A DNA stretch of 64,000 nt from Myxococcota bacterium (GCA_965250285.1 OZ252299.1:1824001-1888000), one strand, 5' to 3'; numbered from the stretch's first letter, positions 1 through 9,776 are shown. A program made the numbers and translations. The notes: a model not told the origin generated them from the sequence alone.

Positions 1-2
1 AG

Positions 3-344
3 CAGTTCGGTCAGCCGATCGGCCAGTTCCAGGCGATCGCCCACAAATGCGCCGACATGCTCGTCGCGGTCGAGAGCATGAGCTCGGCGGCGACCTACGC
101 GGCGTGGAGCGTCGGCACCGACGAGGCCGATGCACGCACGTCGGCCTGCCTCGCGAAGTCGTTCTGCAGCGACGCCGCGACGCGCGTCGCAGGCGACGGG
201 ATCCAGGTCCACGGCGGTCTCGGCTTCACCTGGGAGCAGGATCTCCACCTGTACTTCAAGCACGCCAAGGCGGCCGAGTTTCTCTACGGCAACAGCCACG
301 CGCTGCGTGAGATCGCCGCTCGCGATCTGATCGACGGGGCTTGA
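3..344 (+). CDS. Acyl-CoA dehydrogenase, C-terminal part (truncated by window start)
   Basis: Frame is open from nt 3: QFGQPIGQFQAIAHKCADM...IQVHGGLGFTWEQDLHLYFK, a typical ACAD C-terminal signature. Confidence 0.9.
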   Translation, partial: QFGQPIGQFQAIAHKCADMLVAVESMSSAATYAAWSVGTDEADARTSACLAKSFCSDAATRVAGDGIQVHGGLGFTWEQDLHLYFKHAKAAEFLYGNSHALREIAARDLIDGA

Positions 345-374
345 ACCGCTCGCCGGCCCGCCGAGCGCTTCGCC

Positions 375-1568
375 CTAGCGGCCCCGCGGCAGCCCCAGCA
401 CGCGGTGGGCGATGATGCCCCGCTGCACTTCCGACGTCCCGGCGTAGATCGTGGCAGCCCGGCTCCAGAGCGACTCGTAGGCCCAGTAGCCGTCGTCGAT
501 CGCGAGGGGATCGCCCTCGGCGACCAGGCCGGCCGGGCCGAGCATGTCGAGGGCGGTTTGCTTGACCTGCTGGTCGAGCTCGCTCCAGATGATCTTGAGC
601 GTCGACCCTTCGGGCCCTGGGATGCCCTTGTCCTTCAAGGCCGACACGTTCCGGTAGGCCGACATCTTCATCACCAGGGTGCGCGCGGCGAAATCCATGA
701 GCTTCTGACGCAGCTCAGGGTCCTGATCGGCCGTCGAGGCGCCGCGGGGGGTGCGTTTCGCCGCGGCGATCATCAGATCGAGATCGGCCGTCAAGCGGGC
801 ATGCTGGGCCGATGAGCCGCGCTCGACGGCGAGCGTCGTCATCACGATGTCCCAGCCTCGATCGATCTCGCCCACCACGTTGCCGATGGGCACGGCGACG
901 TCGTCGAAGAAGACCTCGTTGAACCAGGCGTGGCCCGTCATCTCGACCAGAGGACGAATCGTGATGCCCGGCGAATCCATGTCGACGAGCAGAAACGAGA
1001 GCCCGCGATGCTTCACCGAGTCGGGGTCGGTGCGAACGACCAGAATGCACCACTGCGACTGGTGCGCGAAGCTCGTCCAGATCTTCTGACCATTCACGAT
1101 GATCTCGTCGCCGCGCACCTCGCCACGCGTGCGCAGCGCCGCGAGATCGCTGCCCGCACCCGGCTCCGAGAAGCCCTGGCACCAGATCTCCTCGCCGCGC
1201 AGAATCGGACCGAGAAAGCGCTCCTTCTGCCACTCGGCGCCTTCGGCGATCAGAGTCGGCCCGACGAGCGACGTGCCCACCGACAGGCTGATCAGGTTCG
1301 GGCCACGCGCGCGGGTGTACTCCTCGAGCCAGATCATGTTCTCGACCAGGCCCACCTCCTGACCGCCGTAGGCCTTCGGCCAGTCGAGACCGGCCCAACC
1401 GCCTTCGTAGAGCTGCCCCTGCCATTGCTTCAGAAACGCCACCTCTTCGGCGGGGGTCGAGGGCTTGGGAAACGCTGCCGTGCCCCAGCCCTCGGGCAGG
1501 TTCGCCTCGAGCCATTCGCGCGCCTTGGCGCGGAACTTCGCCTCTTCGGGGGAGTCGTTCAGATCCAC
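375..1568 (-). CDS. Acyl-CoA dehydrogenase
   Basis: WCQGFSEPGAGSDLAAL, NGQKIWTS, FNEVFFDDV, IYAGTSEVQRGII motifs. Confidence 0.95.
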   Translation of the reverse strand: MDLNDSPEEAKFRAKAREWLEANLPEGWGTAAFPKPSTPAEEVAFLKQWQGQLYEGGWAGLDWPKAYGGQEVGLVENMIWLEEYTRARGPNLISLSVGTSLVGPTLIAEGAEWQKERFLGPILRGEEIWCQGFSEPGAGSDLAALRTRGEVRGDEIIVNGQKIWTSFAHQSQWCILVVRTDPDSVKHRGLSFLLVDMDSPGITIRPLVEMTGHAWFNEVFFDDVAVPIGNVVGEIDRGWDIVMTTLAVERGSSAQHARLTADLDLMIAAAKRTPRGASTADQDPELRQKLMDFAARTLVMKMSAYRNVSALKDKGIPGPEGSTLKIIWSELDQQVKQTALDMLGPAGLVAEGDPLAIDDGYWAYESLWSRAATIYAGTSEVQRGIIAHRVLGLPRGR

Positions 1569-1584
1569 GACGCTGCGACCTCGC

Positions 1585-2064
1585 TCAGCCGCCGAGCGGC
1601 GGGTTGTACATCGTCAGGCCCTTGTAGACGAGCGCCGGGCGATCGCTGCCCACGACGTGCACCGCGGTCTCGTTCGTGAGCAGCGTGCCCTTCGGCTTCG
1701 CCTGCACGTCGATCAGTCGGCTGTGGGCATGGACCGATGCCCCGCACGGCACCGGCGAGAGAAAGCGCAGACCGTCGGCCCCGTAGTTGGTCGCGTTGCC
1801 ATAGCCGGTCACCACGAAGCCCGCTGCGCCGCCGATGTAGGGCAACAGCGACAGCGTGAAGAAGCCGTGCACGATCGGCCCGCCAAACGGGCTCTGCTCC
1901 TTCGCCCGTTCGACGTCGATGTGGATCCACTGGTGATCCCCCGTCAGGTCGGCGAACTGATTCACCATCTCCTGGGTCACGGTCATCTCACGACCCCAGT
2001 CACCGTAGTCTTCGCTGATCTTGGCCTTCAGTGCGTCGATGTCGTCGAAGCGGATCTGATCCAA
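1585..2064 (-). CDS. MaoC-family (R)-specific enoyl-CoA hydratase
   Basis: FADLTGDHQWIHID, PFGGPIVHGF, NYGADGLRF motifs; TTG start with GAGGAG upstream. Confidence 0.92.
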   Translation of the reverse strand: MDQIRFDDIDALKAKISEDYGDWGREMTVTQEMVNQFADLTGDHQWIHIDVERAKEQSPFGGPIVHGFFTLSLLPYIGGAAGFVVTGYGNATNYGADGLRFLSPVPCGASVHAHSRLIDVQAKPKGTLLTNETAVHVVGSDRPALVYKGLTMYNPPLGG

Positions 2065-2104
2065 GGCTCTGGCTCTCCTCTCGCCGCAGGCACGGGTGCC
2101 GGCC

Positions 2105-4591
2105 CTAGGCCGTCACACCTGCGGCGTGCAAGCGGTCGATCTCGTCGTCGGGCAGCCCGAGCACCTTGCTCAGGATGTGGCGCGTGTGCTCGCCCAGCAG
2201 CGGCCCAGCGGTGCGCGGGCCGCCGGGGGTCTCGGAGAGACGGTAGCCCCGTCGCTCGAATGCGAGAGGCCCGAGCGCCGCATGCTCGAGCTCGACGAAA
2301 TGGCCGCGATGCGCCAGCTGAGGATCGCGCACGAGGTCGTCGAAGTCCTGAACCGGCCCCGCCTCGATGCCCAGCGCCTGCAGCCTCTCGACCATGCCGT
2401 CGAGATCCTGTGTCCGCGTCCAGGCTTCGACCCCCTGCTCGATTTCATCGCGCGCGCCCAGCCGCCCCTCGAGCCAGGCGTAGGCCGCGAGCGCGGCCCA
2501 GTCGGGGCGCCCCATCGCCTCGACCAGCGCAGCCCACGCGGCGTCGTCGCGGACCGCGATGGCGATCCAACGTTCGCGGCCCGTATCGGCTTCGGCGCGT
2601 GCAGCGAACACCCCATGCGGCACCGCGACTTCGCTCGCGTTGCCCATCCGAGCCGGCACCTCACCGGTCGCAGAGTGCCGCGCGATCGCTTCGCTCAGGC
2701 AGTACACACCGGTCTCGATCTGCGAGACGTCGAGACACTGCCCCACGCCGGTGCGCTCCCGCTCGAACATCGCAGCGAGCAGCGTCGCAGCGACGAAGCG
2801 CGGCGAGAGCGAGTCGGTGATGGTCGCGTAGGGGCCGAGGGCCTCGGCATCGGGCCAACCCGTCAGGTGATTGAAGCCCGCGATCGCTGCACCCTGCCCG
2901 CCGAAGCCGGGGTATGCCCGCTGTGGACCGGTCTGGCCGAACAGACAGCCCCGCACCATGATCACCGTCGCGTCGAGTGCGTGCACGCGGTCCCAGCCGA
3001 GGCCGAAGCGCTCCATCACGCCCGGCGCGAAGTTCTCGGCGACGACGTCGGCCCACTCGGCGATCAGGCGTTCGACGATCGCGATGGCCTCGGGCGACTT
3101 CATGTCGAGCGTCAGACTCTGCTTGTCTGCATTCAGCAGCGCGAACATCGGCGCCTGATCGTAGATGCCCGGCTCGTCTCGGTTCTTCGCGGTGACGTGG
3201 AGCAGCCGCAAGAAGTCGGGGCGCCTCGCCGACTCGATGCGAATCACCTCGGCGCCCTGCTCGGCGAGATAGCCGGTGGCGACGGGCCCGGCGGCGCCCG
3301 CGCCGAGCTCGAGCACCTTCAGGCCGGCGAACACCCCAGCCTCGCCGCTCTCGAGCCCGTACGGCGCGGTCGAGCCGTGAAAGGCAACCCGCTCCCGTGA
3401 CGTCGATCCGCGACGCAGCTCGTCTCCGTCGGCATCGAGCACCGGCGCGGGCCCGCGCACGGCGATCTCGGCTGCGCTCGCCCGTGCGAAGAACGCGGGC
3501 GTCTCGAAGACGCGATCGCGCTCCTGCAGCGTCGTGAAGAAGTCGCGCGACCGCAGCTGGGGCTGCGCGAGGATCTCGCGGGCGTCGTTGCACGGCGCGA
3601 GCAGGATGCGCCGCTCGATCGCCGTCTCATACAGCTCGCGCATGGTCTTCGTCGCGAAGAACGCACCGAACGCGGCCTCGAGTCGCGCGAGCTCGTCTTC
3701 GGTCAGCGTGAGCGGCGAGTACGCCGACCAGTCCATCGTGCGCAGCCAGTCGGGCGCGAGCTCGCTCTCGGCCATGTAGTCGACGGTGGCGCTCAGGCTC
3801 GGGATGCGCGCGGGCCCGCCCCGCAAGCCGTACGACACGAAGCCATCGGCACAGCGCCAGATTTCACGCGTCCGCCCCGTCCGCGCGCCACTGCGCGTGG
3901 CGAGCGGTGCGCCGCTGGCGCGCTGGCCCGGCCCGGAGAGCAACGTCGTCAGCTGAGTCTCCTGCAGCGCACAGTCGACGAACTGCCCTCGCCCGATCCG
4001 CGGTCGCGCATGAAGCGCCGTGAGGATCGCAACGACCGCCTCGGCGCCGCCGTGAAACGTGGACGTGGGCAAGCTGCAGCGAAGCGGCGCGCGCGCCGGA
4101 TCCCCGGTCATCGCCATGTTGCCGCCCATCGCCACGATCACCAGATCGCCGGCCCACCAATCGGCTCGAGGTCCCGTCTGGCCGAACGGACTGATGGCGC
4201 AGTGGACGAGGCCGGGATGGCTCGGCGGGCACGCGGCTTCGAGGTCGGCCGTGCGCAGCCGACGCGCGGCTCGCTCGCCGGGGCGACACGTGTCGATCAC
4301 GACGTCGGCCGAGCCGACCAGGTCACCCAGCCCCGCGCGACCATCGGCCGAATCGAGATCGAGCACCACGCTGCGCTTGCCCGCGTTGAGCACCGAGTAT
4401 CGGAGGCTCGGTGCGTCGGCCGACGCGCCGCCGCGCGACCGCACGGCGACGCCGCCCGTCGGCTCGACCAGGATCACTTCGGCGCCGAGGTCGGCGAGGA
4501 TGCGGCCCGCGAGTTGGCCCCGCTCATCGGTCAGGTCGAGCACGCGCAGGCCGCCAAGCACGTCGATCCGCCTCACATCGCCCCGGGGCAC
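2105..4591 (-). CDS. Class III CoA-transferase (CaiB/BaiF), tandem double domain
   Basis: Two copies of GL(R/K)VL(D/E)L...A(D/E)xGAEVI...N(AG/AD)K(R/Q)S..LD; exact start uncertain (4561-4591). Confidence 0.9.
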   Translation of the reverse strand: MPRGDVRRIDVLGGLRVLDLTDERGQLAGRILADLGAEVILVEPTGGVAVRSRGGASADAPSLRYSVLNAGKRSVVLDLDSADGRAGLGDLVGSADVVIDTCRPGERAARRLRTADLEAACPPSHPGLVHCAISPFGQTGPRADWWAGDLVIVAMGGNMAMTGDPARAPLRCSLPTSTFHGGAEAVVAILTALHARPRIGRGQFVDCALQETQLTTLLSGPGQRASGAPLATRSGARTGRTREIWRCADGFVSYGLRGGPARIPSLSATVDYMAESELAPDWLRTMDWSAYSPLTLTEDELARLEAAFGAFFATKTMRELYETAIERRILLAPCNDAREILAQPQLRSRDFFTTLQERDRVFETPAFFARASAAEIAVRGPAPVLDADGDELRRGSTSRERVAFHGSTAPYGLESGEAGVFAGLKVLELGAGAAGPVATGYLAEQGAEVIRIESARRPDFLRLLHVTAKNRDEPGIYDQAPMFALLNADKQSLTLDMKSPEAIAIVERLIAEWADVVAENFAPGVMERFGLGWDRVHALDATVIMVRGCLFGQTGPQRAYPGFGGQGAAIAGFNHLTGWPDAEALGPYATITDSLSPRFVAATLLAAMFERERTGVGQCLDVSQIETGVYCLSEAIARHSATGEVPARMGNASEVAVPHGVFAARAEADTGRERWIAIAVRDDAAWAALVEAMGRPDWAALAAYAWLEGRLGARDEIEQGVEAWTRTQDLDGMVERLQALGIEAGPVQDFDDLVRDPQLAHRGHFVELEHAALGPLAFERRGYRLSETPGGPRTAGPLLGEHTRHILSKVLGLPDDEIDRLHAAGVTA

Positions 4592-4759
4592 GATGGCCGC
4601 AGGGGTGGGTTCGGCACGGGCCGCCTCATGAACCGAGACGCCACGCGCTCCGTCGAACTCGATCTTCGAATGTAGTTCAGGGGGCCCCGCACCGGGGCGA
4701 CCGTGCCGATGATCGAAGGCGTTTCGAATGAGGGAGGCCGGGGGCGTCGGCGCCTCTCA

Positions 4760-4812
4760 ACTCGCCTGACTCGCCTGACTCGCCCAGCTCGCCCGACTCG
4801 CCCAACTCGCCA
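4760..4812. repeat. Degenerate 9-bp tandem repeat (ACTCGCCYR, about 6 copies)
   Basis: actcgcctg actcgcctg actcgccca gctcgcccg actcgccca actcgcca, intergenic. Confidence 0.85.
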
Positions 4813-4954
4813 ACGCGTCCACGCGCGGCTCGCGGGGTTCCGGGCGATCGGACAGCGACGGGGGGTGCAATCGAACTCGACGAACGGGGCAGTGCGGTCC
4901 CGCCCCGTTCGCCGGTCGATTCGGATCGGAACGCCGGGCCTTCGCCCGACGGGG

Positions 4955-5122
4955 CTACTTCGACTCGTCGCCCTCGGGCGAAGCCGGGGGCGGCGTCTCG
5001 TCGCCGGTGTCCTCGGACGACGTTCCGTCCGAGCCCGAACCGGTGGCGTCGTCCGACGCCAGCGCGGGCCATCCGATCATCAGTGCGGCCAACAAGCTCA
5101 GAAGAATCACGATGCGCTTCAT
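4955..5122 (-). CDS. Small secreted acidic protein, 55 aa (absent from the ORF track)
   Basis: MKRIVILLSLLAALMIGWPALA-SDDATGSGSDGTSSEDTGDETPPPASPEGDESK*; AGGAGG RBS 9 nt upstream; Sec signal peptide ending ALA. Confidence 0.75.
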   Translation of the reverse strand: MKRIVILLSLLAALMIGWPALASDDATGSGSDGTSSEDTGDETPPPASPEGDESK

Positions 5123-5171
5123 GGGGGATCGCCTCCTCTTTCTGGGTTCGACCGAGATTCAGAGATGACTG

Positions 5172-5197
5172 CACCGACGTCGGTGACCCGGGTCACC
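5172..5197. promoter_or_regulatory. Two overlapping perfect palindromes in a divergent intergenic region
   Basis: CACCGACGTCGGTG (5172-5185) and GGTGACCCGGGTCACC (5182-5197). Confidence 0.4.
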
Positions 5198-5254
5198 CGG
5201 GGACGCTCGCGTGAGACCCTGCCTGAATCGAGTGACACGCGAAGGGGTCGGCGC

Positions 5255-6124
5255 ATGGCCGCGCAAAGCCGCTCGAACAGGCGAGGCGACGCTGCGCAGC
5301 GCCTCGACTATCGTCCGCGCGAGGAGGCGCTCTTGCACACGCGAGATCTGTTCGATTTGAGCGGCCGCACGGCCATCGTGACGGGCGGCGGCCGCGGAAT
5401 CGGGCGCCACCTCTCGATCGGCCTGGCCGAGGCCGGCGCCCGGGTCGTCGCGGTGTCGCGTCAAGTCGAGGCCTGCGAAGAAGTGGCGGCCCACATCCAA
5501 GCATCGGGCGGCGAAGCCCTCGCCCTCGCCTGCGACGTGTCGAAGCCCGAAGCCATCGATCGGCTCGTCCCCGAGGTCGTCGACCGCTGCGGCGCGATCG
5601 ATGTACTCGTGAACAACGCGGGCATGGTCTGGGCGGCGCCCACACTCGACTATCCGCTCGAGGGCTGGGATCGCGTCTTCGACCTGAACGTCCGCGGGCT
5701 CTTCTATCTGACTCAGCAGGTGGCGCGCCACATGGCCGAACGTGAGCGGGGATCGATCGTGCAGGTCAGCTCGATTTCGGCCTTCCGCTCGGCGGGCGAC
5801 GATCGTGAACCGGTCGTCGCCTACAACGCGAGCAAGGGCGCCGTCGTCTCGCTCACGCAGGATCTCGCGGTGAAGCTCGCGCCCCGCGGCATCCGGGTGA
5901 ACGGCATCGCGCCGGGCCCCTTCATGACCTCCATGATGGATCACGTCCGACACGACGACGCAGCGCTCGCGCGCTTCAACCGTCAGATCCCGATGGCGCG
6001 CTCCGGCGACGAGGACGACATCAAGGGCGCCGTCGTGTTCCTCGCGAGCGACGCGTCGGCCTTCGTGACGGGCCATACCCTGGTCGTCGACGGCGGCATG
6101 CTCTGCGCATCACCCGCGCTCTGA
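5255..6124 (+). CDS. Short-chain dehydrogenase/reductase
   Basis: TGGGRGIG, NNAG, YNASK, GIAPG motifs; start ATG 5255 or a later codon. Confidence 0.93.
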   Translation: MAAQSRSNRRGDAAQRLDYRPREEALLHTRDLFDLSGRTAIVTGGGRGIGRHLSIGLAEAGARVVAVSRQVEACEEVAAHIQASGGEALALACDVSKPEAIDRLVPEVVDRCGAIDVLVNNAGMVWAAPTLDYPLEGWDRVFDLNVRGLFYLTQQVARHMAERERGSIVQVSSISAFRSAGDDREPVVAYNASKGAVVSLTQDLAVKLAPRGIRVNGIAPGPFMTSMMDHVRHDDAALARFNRQIPMARSGDEDDIKGAVVFLASDASAFVTGHTLVVDGGMLCASPAL

Positions 6125-6162
6125 GCTTCGACCGACGTCGCGGTGTCGCTCCCTTGCGCAGG

Positions 6163-7878
6163 CTAGGCCTCGGCCTGTGCCCGGTACGTCACGCCGTCGA
6201 TCGTCACGCCGTCCGTCTCCAGGCGTGCGAGGGCGCGTTCGCGCAGCTCGCCGACCTGAAGCTTCGCATTCGCCGTGAACGAGAGCTCGTCGGTGCCGAA
6301 CTCGAGGATGTGCTTGGGGCGCTTGTACGCCGCCAGTCTCTCCTTCAGCTGCGCGTGGATCGAGTCGGCATCGAGCGTCACACCGCGGGCGGCGACCACA
6401 CAGAGCACGATCACCTCGCCGAGCACCGGGTGCGGTACGCCCACCGCCTGTGCCAGGCGCAGGTCGTCGCGCCCGGCGAGCGCCTGCTCGATCTCGAGCG
6501 GTGACACGTTCGCGCCGCCGGTCTTGATCAGATTCGAGAGTCGGCCCGACCAGTGCAGATAGCCCGCATCGTCGAAGTGCCCTCCATCCTGGGTGTGAAA
6601 GAAGCCGTTCTCGTCGAGGAAGAGTTCGGGGGCAACCTTGTAGTAGCCCCGCATCAGGCGCACACCGCGCACCGCGATCTCGCCCTTCGAGCCGGGCTCG
6701 GCGAGATCGGCTCCCGTTTCGGGATCGACGATCTTGAGCCGCATGCCGGGCAGGGGCTTGCCGCTCGTGTCGCGCCGCAGCTCCGGCGGGGCCGAGGCCG
6801 GTAGCGACGACGCGAGCGTGAACGTCTCGCTCATGCCGTACGAGCCGTAAGTGCCCCACTCGTCCCTCTCGATGCCGGCCAACGGCGCGAGCGGTGACGA
6901 GTACTCGATGTGCCGGAGACTCGAGAGGTTGCGCGTCGGAGCGCTCTCGTGCTCGGCCATCGCCTTTTCTTGGTGGGGCCAGGCGTTGAGCGTCGTCACC
7001 TGGCAGGCCTCGACGAGCGCGAGATAGCGCTCGGCATCGAACTTCTCTTCGAGGATCAGCGTGGCGCCCGACGTGAGCGAGGCCCCGAGCGACATCGTCA
7101 TGCCGGCCGTCCAGAAGAACGGCTGGGCCGTGAGCATCACGTCGTCGGGTGTGAGCGCCATGCTCTCCCCGAAGTGCCAACCCATGATCACGCCGGCGCG
7201 CTGCAGATGCAGCACGCCCTTCGGATGGGCTGTGGTGCCCGACGTATAGATCAGCACGCCTTCGTCGGCCGGATGCACCTCGTCGGCGATCGCTTCGACC
7301 AGGCCGGCATCGACGTCTTCTCCGGCGGCGAGCAACTCTGCATAGCCCTGTGCAGCCCCCCGCGCCCGAGCCATCCCGAGAACGAAAACCGACCTCAGGC
7401 ACGGCAGCTCCGCGCAGCGCACGCGGCCCGGCGCGCTCGACGCGATCGCTGGATGCGAGGCCACGAGATCGTCGACGAGATCCTTGCCGAGCAGCGAACC
7501 CTGTAGGAGCAGGATGGCGGCGTCGCTGTGGCGCAGGATGAACGCGCGCTCGTCGCGGGTCGCAAACGTGTTGACGGGGATCAGCACCCCGCCTGCGAGC
7601 CCGACGGCATAGGCTGCAACGACCCAGTCGATGTTGTTGCCGATCAGCACCGCCACCCGGGTGCCCTTGCCGACGCCGACGCCCACGAGGCCTCGCGCGA
7701 GCTGCATGGCCGCATCGCGCAGCTGCTCGAAGCTCAGCTCGCGCGCCACCGCGAAGTCCGCGTCCAGCTCACGCAGGGCCGGTCGATCGCCGAAGCGCTC
7801 GGCGACGTCGAAGAGCTGGCGCGGCACCGTCATGCGCGATGCGTCGGGCTGACGCTCGAGCTCGAGCGAGACCTCCAT
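6163..7878 (-). CDS. Acyl-CoA synthetase (AMP-binding, class I adenylate-forming)
   Basis: YTSGTTAHPKG, YGMSET, TQDGG, GRLSNLIKTGGANV; AAGGAG RBS before ATG 7878. Confidence 0.93.
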   Translation of the reverse strand: MEVSLELERQPDASRMTVPRQLFDVAERFGDRPALRELDADFAVARELSFEQLRDAAMQLARGLVGVGVGKGTRVAVLIGNNIDWVVAAYAVGLAGGVLIPVNTFATRDERAFILRHSDAAILLLQGSLLGKDLVDDLVASHPAIASSAPGRVRCAELPCLRSVFVLGMARARGAAQGYAELLAAGEDVDAGLVEAIADEVHPADEGVLIYTSGTTAHPKGVLHLQRAGVIMGWHFGESMALTPDDVMLTAQPFFWTAGMTMSLGASLTSGATLILEEKFDAERYLALVEACQVTTLNAWPHQEKAMAEHESAPTRNLSSLRHIEYSSPLAPLAGIERDEWGTYGSYGMSETFTLASSLPASAPPELRRDTSGKPLPGMRLKIVDPETGADLAEPGSKGEIAVRGVRLMRGYYKVAPELFLDENGFFHTQDGGHFDDAGYLHWSGRLSNLIKTGGANVSPLEIEQALAGRDDLRLAQAVGVPHPVLGEVIVLCVVAARGVTLDADSIHAQLKERLAAYKRPKHILEFGTDELSFTANAKLQVGELRERALARLETDGVTIDGVTYRAQAEA

Positions 7879-7921
7879 GCCGTCTCCTTGGCGCGACACC
7901 GATCGACACGAGCAGATCGGG

Positions 7922-9115
7922 TCAGTCGCGCCGCCAGGGCTGCGGCTGCGTCTCGGTCGGCAGCCGCACCTTGACCTCGGCGGTCGCGTTCACGTCGCCG
8001 TTCTGGTTCGACATCGTGACCGAGACGGTCGCCACCGGCTGTCCCGTCGGGTCGTTGAAGTCGACGTGCGAGACCTCGCCGTCGAGGTACGTCAGATCGC
8101 CGGTCATCGCGGGCGATCGGTACGACGCGTTCGAGTGGATGATGTCGGCCCACTCGCCGCCCCAGTTCGCGACGTAGTCGAGGATCCACGCGCCCATCGA
8201 CGCGCCGTAGCCATAGCCGCGGGGCAGACCGATCAGCTGGGCGTACTTCTGCTGCACGTGGCCGCGCGACGGGCCGTGATAGAGCCCGTCGCCCAGCGTC
8301 GGATCGAACTCGACCGCTTCGAGGTCGCGCGACATCTCGGGCAGCCAGCCCGCGTCGTAGAGCGAGCTCGGCCCCCCGTCGGCCCGAAACGCGCTCCAGA
8401 CCGTCATCGTGTAGGCGCGCCACTCCGTGGTGAAGCTCGCGATCGTGTGCGGGCCGATCGGGCGGCGCGGCAGCTTCTCGCCTTCCTTCACGACGGTGCG
8501 TCTTTCGTGGCCGAGCTCGTAGAACGTGCGGTAGTACTCGAACTTCTCTTCTTCGATGGCCATCAGCTGGTCTTCGGTCCACTCGGGATCCTTGTCGTCA
8601 CTGAACAGCTGGCGCTTGCGCGCCTCTTCGGCGAGGTAGCGAATCGAGGTCGAGCGTTGTTTGCAGATGAACTCGCCGTTCTGATTCACGTAGGTCGTGT
8701 CGCCGCGCGAGAACATCGTCGGGCCGGCAAACTTCGTGTTCGCCACCTTGTAGTCGAAGAGCATGCGATCGCGCTTGATGAGGTCGCCGGGCCGGATCCG
8801 CGGCCCGAAGAACCACCACTCGTCACCGCCGAAGAGCATGTGGGTGCCGGGGATCGTGCCCTGGATCGCCGGCGCTGCGCCGTGGCTGTCGTCGGTCACC
8901 ACCGCGAACGACTGCGGCGCCACGAACTCGCCGAACCGCGACTCGGCCGCCGTCTCCTCCTTGAAGAAGAGCGGGTTCGGGTTCTGCATTGCCTGGGCCC
9001 AGCGGCGGATGTCGTTGGGCGCCACGGGATCCTTCGCCTGGCCTCCCCCGAGCGGCACGCCGATCCACGGATCCACGTGACTGGTATCGAACTCGACTTC
9101 TTCGTCCGCGCTCAT
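7922..9115 (-). CDS. Double hot-dog (MaoC_N/FAS1-like) dehydratase
   Basis: IRRWAQAMQNPNPLF...FGEFVAPQSF, HMLFGGDEW; second hot-dog half GHVQQKYAQLIGLPRGYGYG. Confidence 0.8.
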   Translation of the reverse strand: MSADEEVEFDTSHVDPWIGVPLGGGQAKDPVAPNDIRRWAQAMQNPNPLFFKEETAAESRFGEFVAPQSFAVVTDDSHGAAPAIQGTIPGTHMLFGGDEWWFFGPRIRPGDLIKRDRMLFDYKVANTKFAGPTMFSRGDTTYVNQNGEFICKQRSTSIRYLAEEARKRQLFSDDKDPEWTEDQLMAIEEEKFEYYRTFYELGHERRTVVKEGEKLPRRPIGPHTIASFTTEWRAYTMTVWSAFRADGGPSSLYDAGWLPEMSRDLEAVEFDPTLGDGLYHGPSRGHVQQKYAQLIGLPRGYGYGASMGAWILDYVANWGGEWADIIHSNASYRSPAMTGDLTYLDGEVSHVDFNDPTGQPVATVSVTMSNQNGDVNATAEVKVRLPTETQPQPWRRD

Positions 9116-9152
9116 CTCGGGGCTCCGGTCAGGGGGTTCGGGTCGAAGCGGG

Positions 9153-9181
9153 ATTATCTGACGGACCGTCAGAAGCGTCAA
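9153..9181 (-). promoter_or_regulatory. Sigma70-type promoter overlapped by a palindromic operator
   Basis: Minus strand TTGACG-N17-GATAAT; TCTGACGG-A-CCGTCAGA inverted repeat at 9157-9173. Confidence 0.75.
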
Positions 9182-9232
9182 GCGGCGCTTCGAGACGGGC
9201 CTGGGGCCCCTTTCGGCCGCTACTCTCGCCCG

Positions 9233-9697
9233 ATGCCGATCGAAGCCTTCTCGCACGTGGGGGTCTGCGTCGCCGACCTCGACCGCTCCATCGCGTTCTA
9301 CCGAGACGCGCTCGGCTTCGAAGAGCTGCACCACATGTCGGTGCGCGGTGCCGATGCGGCGCGTCTGCTCGCGCTCGACGATGTCGAGCTCGAGGCGGTG
9401 TATCTGCGGCGGGATGGCGTCGTCGTCGAGCTGCTCGCCTACGGCGCACCGGGCGTCGAGCGGGTCGACACACCCCGCCCGATGAACCGCGCCGGGCTGA
9501 CGCACCTGTCGCTGCGGGTCAGCGACTTCGACGCCGTGCTGGTGCGCATCGAGGCGCACGGCGGCCACGTGCTCCGTGACACCGAGACCCGGCAGCCCGC
9601 CTACGACATGGCCGTCGTGTTCGTGACCGACCCCGACGGCGCCCGCATCGAGCTGCTCCAGGCGCCCGGAGACCCGACGCAGCTGCCCGGCGCCTGA
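9233..9697 (+). CDS. VOC/glyoxalase family protein
   Basis: FSHVGVCVADLDRSIAFYRDALGF, ELL, HLSLRV, DPDGARIEL. Confidence 0.9.
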   Translation: MPIEAFSHVGVCVADLDRSIAFYRDALGFEELHHMSVRGADAARLLALDDVELEAVYLRRDGVVVELLAYGAPGVERVDTPRPMNRAGLTHLSLRVSDFDAVLVRIEAHGGHVLRDTETRQPAYDMAVVFVTDPDGARIELLQAPGDPTQLPGA

Positions 9698-9749
9698 TCG
9701 GCGGCCAAGGCCGCGCCGACGTGTCGGCCGCGCCCCATGCGATCCACGC

Positions 9750-9776
9750 TCAAGGGCCCGTCCCGTCCATCCGACA
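9750..9776 (+). promoter_or_regulatory. Putative sigma28-like promoter
   Basis: TCAAG-N15-TCCGACA, 23 nt upstream of ATG 9800. Confidence 0.5.

Noticed and set aside
4760..4812. Short repeats as a possible CRISPR array
   Set aside because: Contiguous 9-bp units with no spacers and no cas genes
4677..5254. 165-aa minus ORF and 184-aa N-terminal extension of the SDR
   Set aside because: Arg/Pro-rich non-coding-like composition; the region is better explained by the 55-aa gene and intergenic DNA
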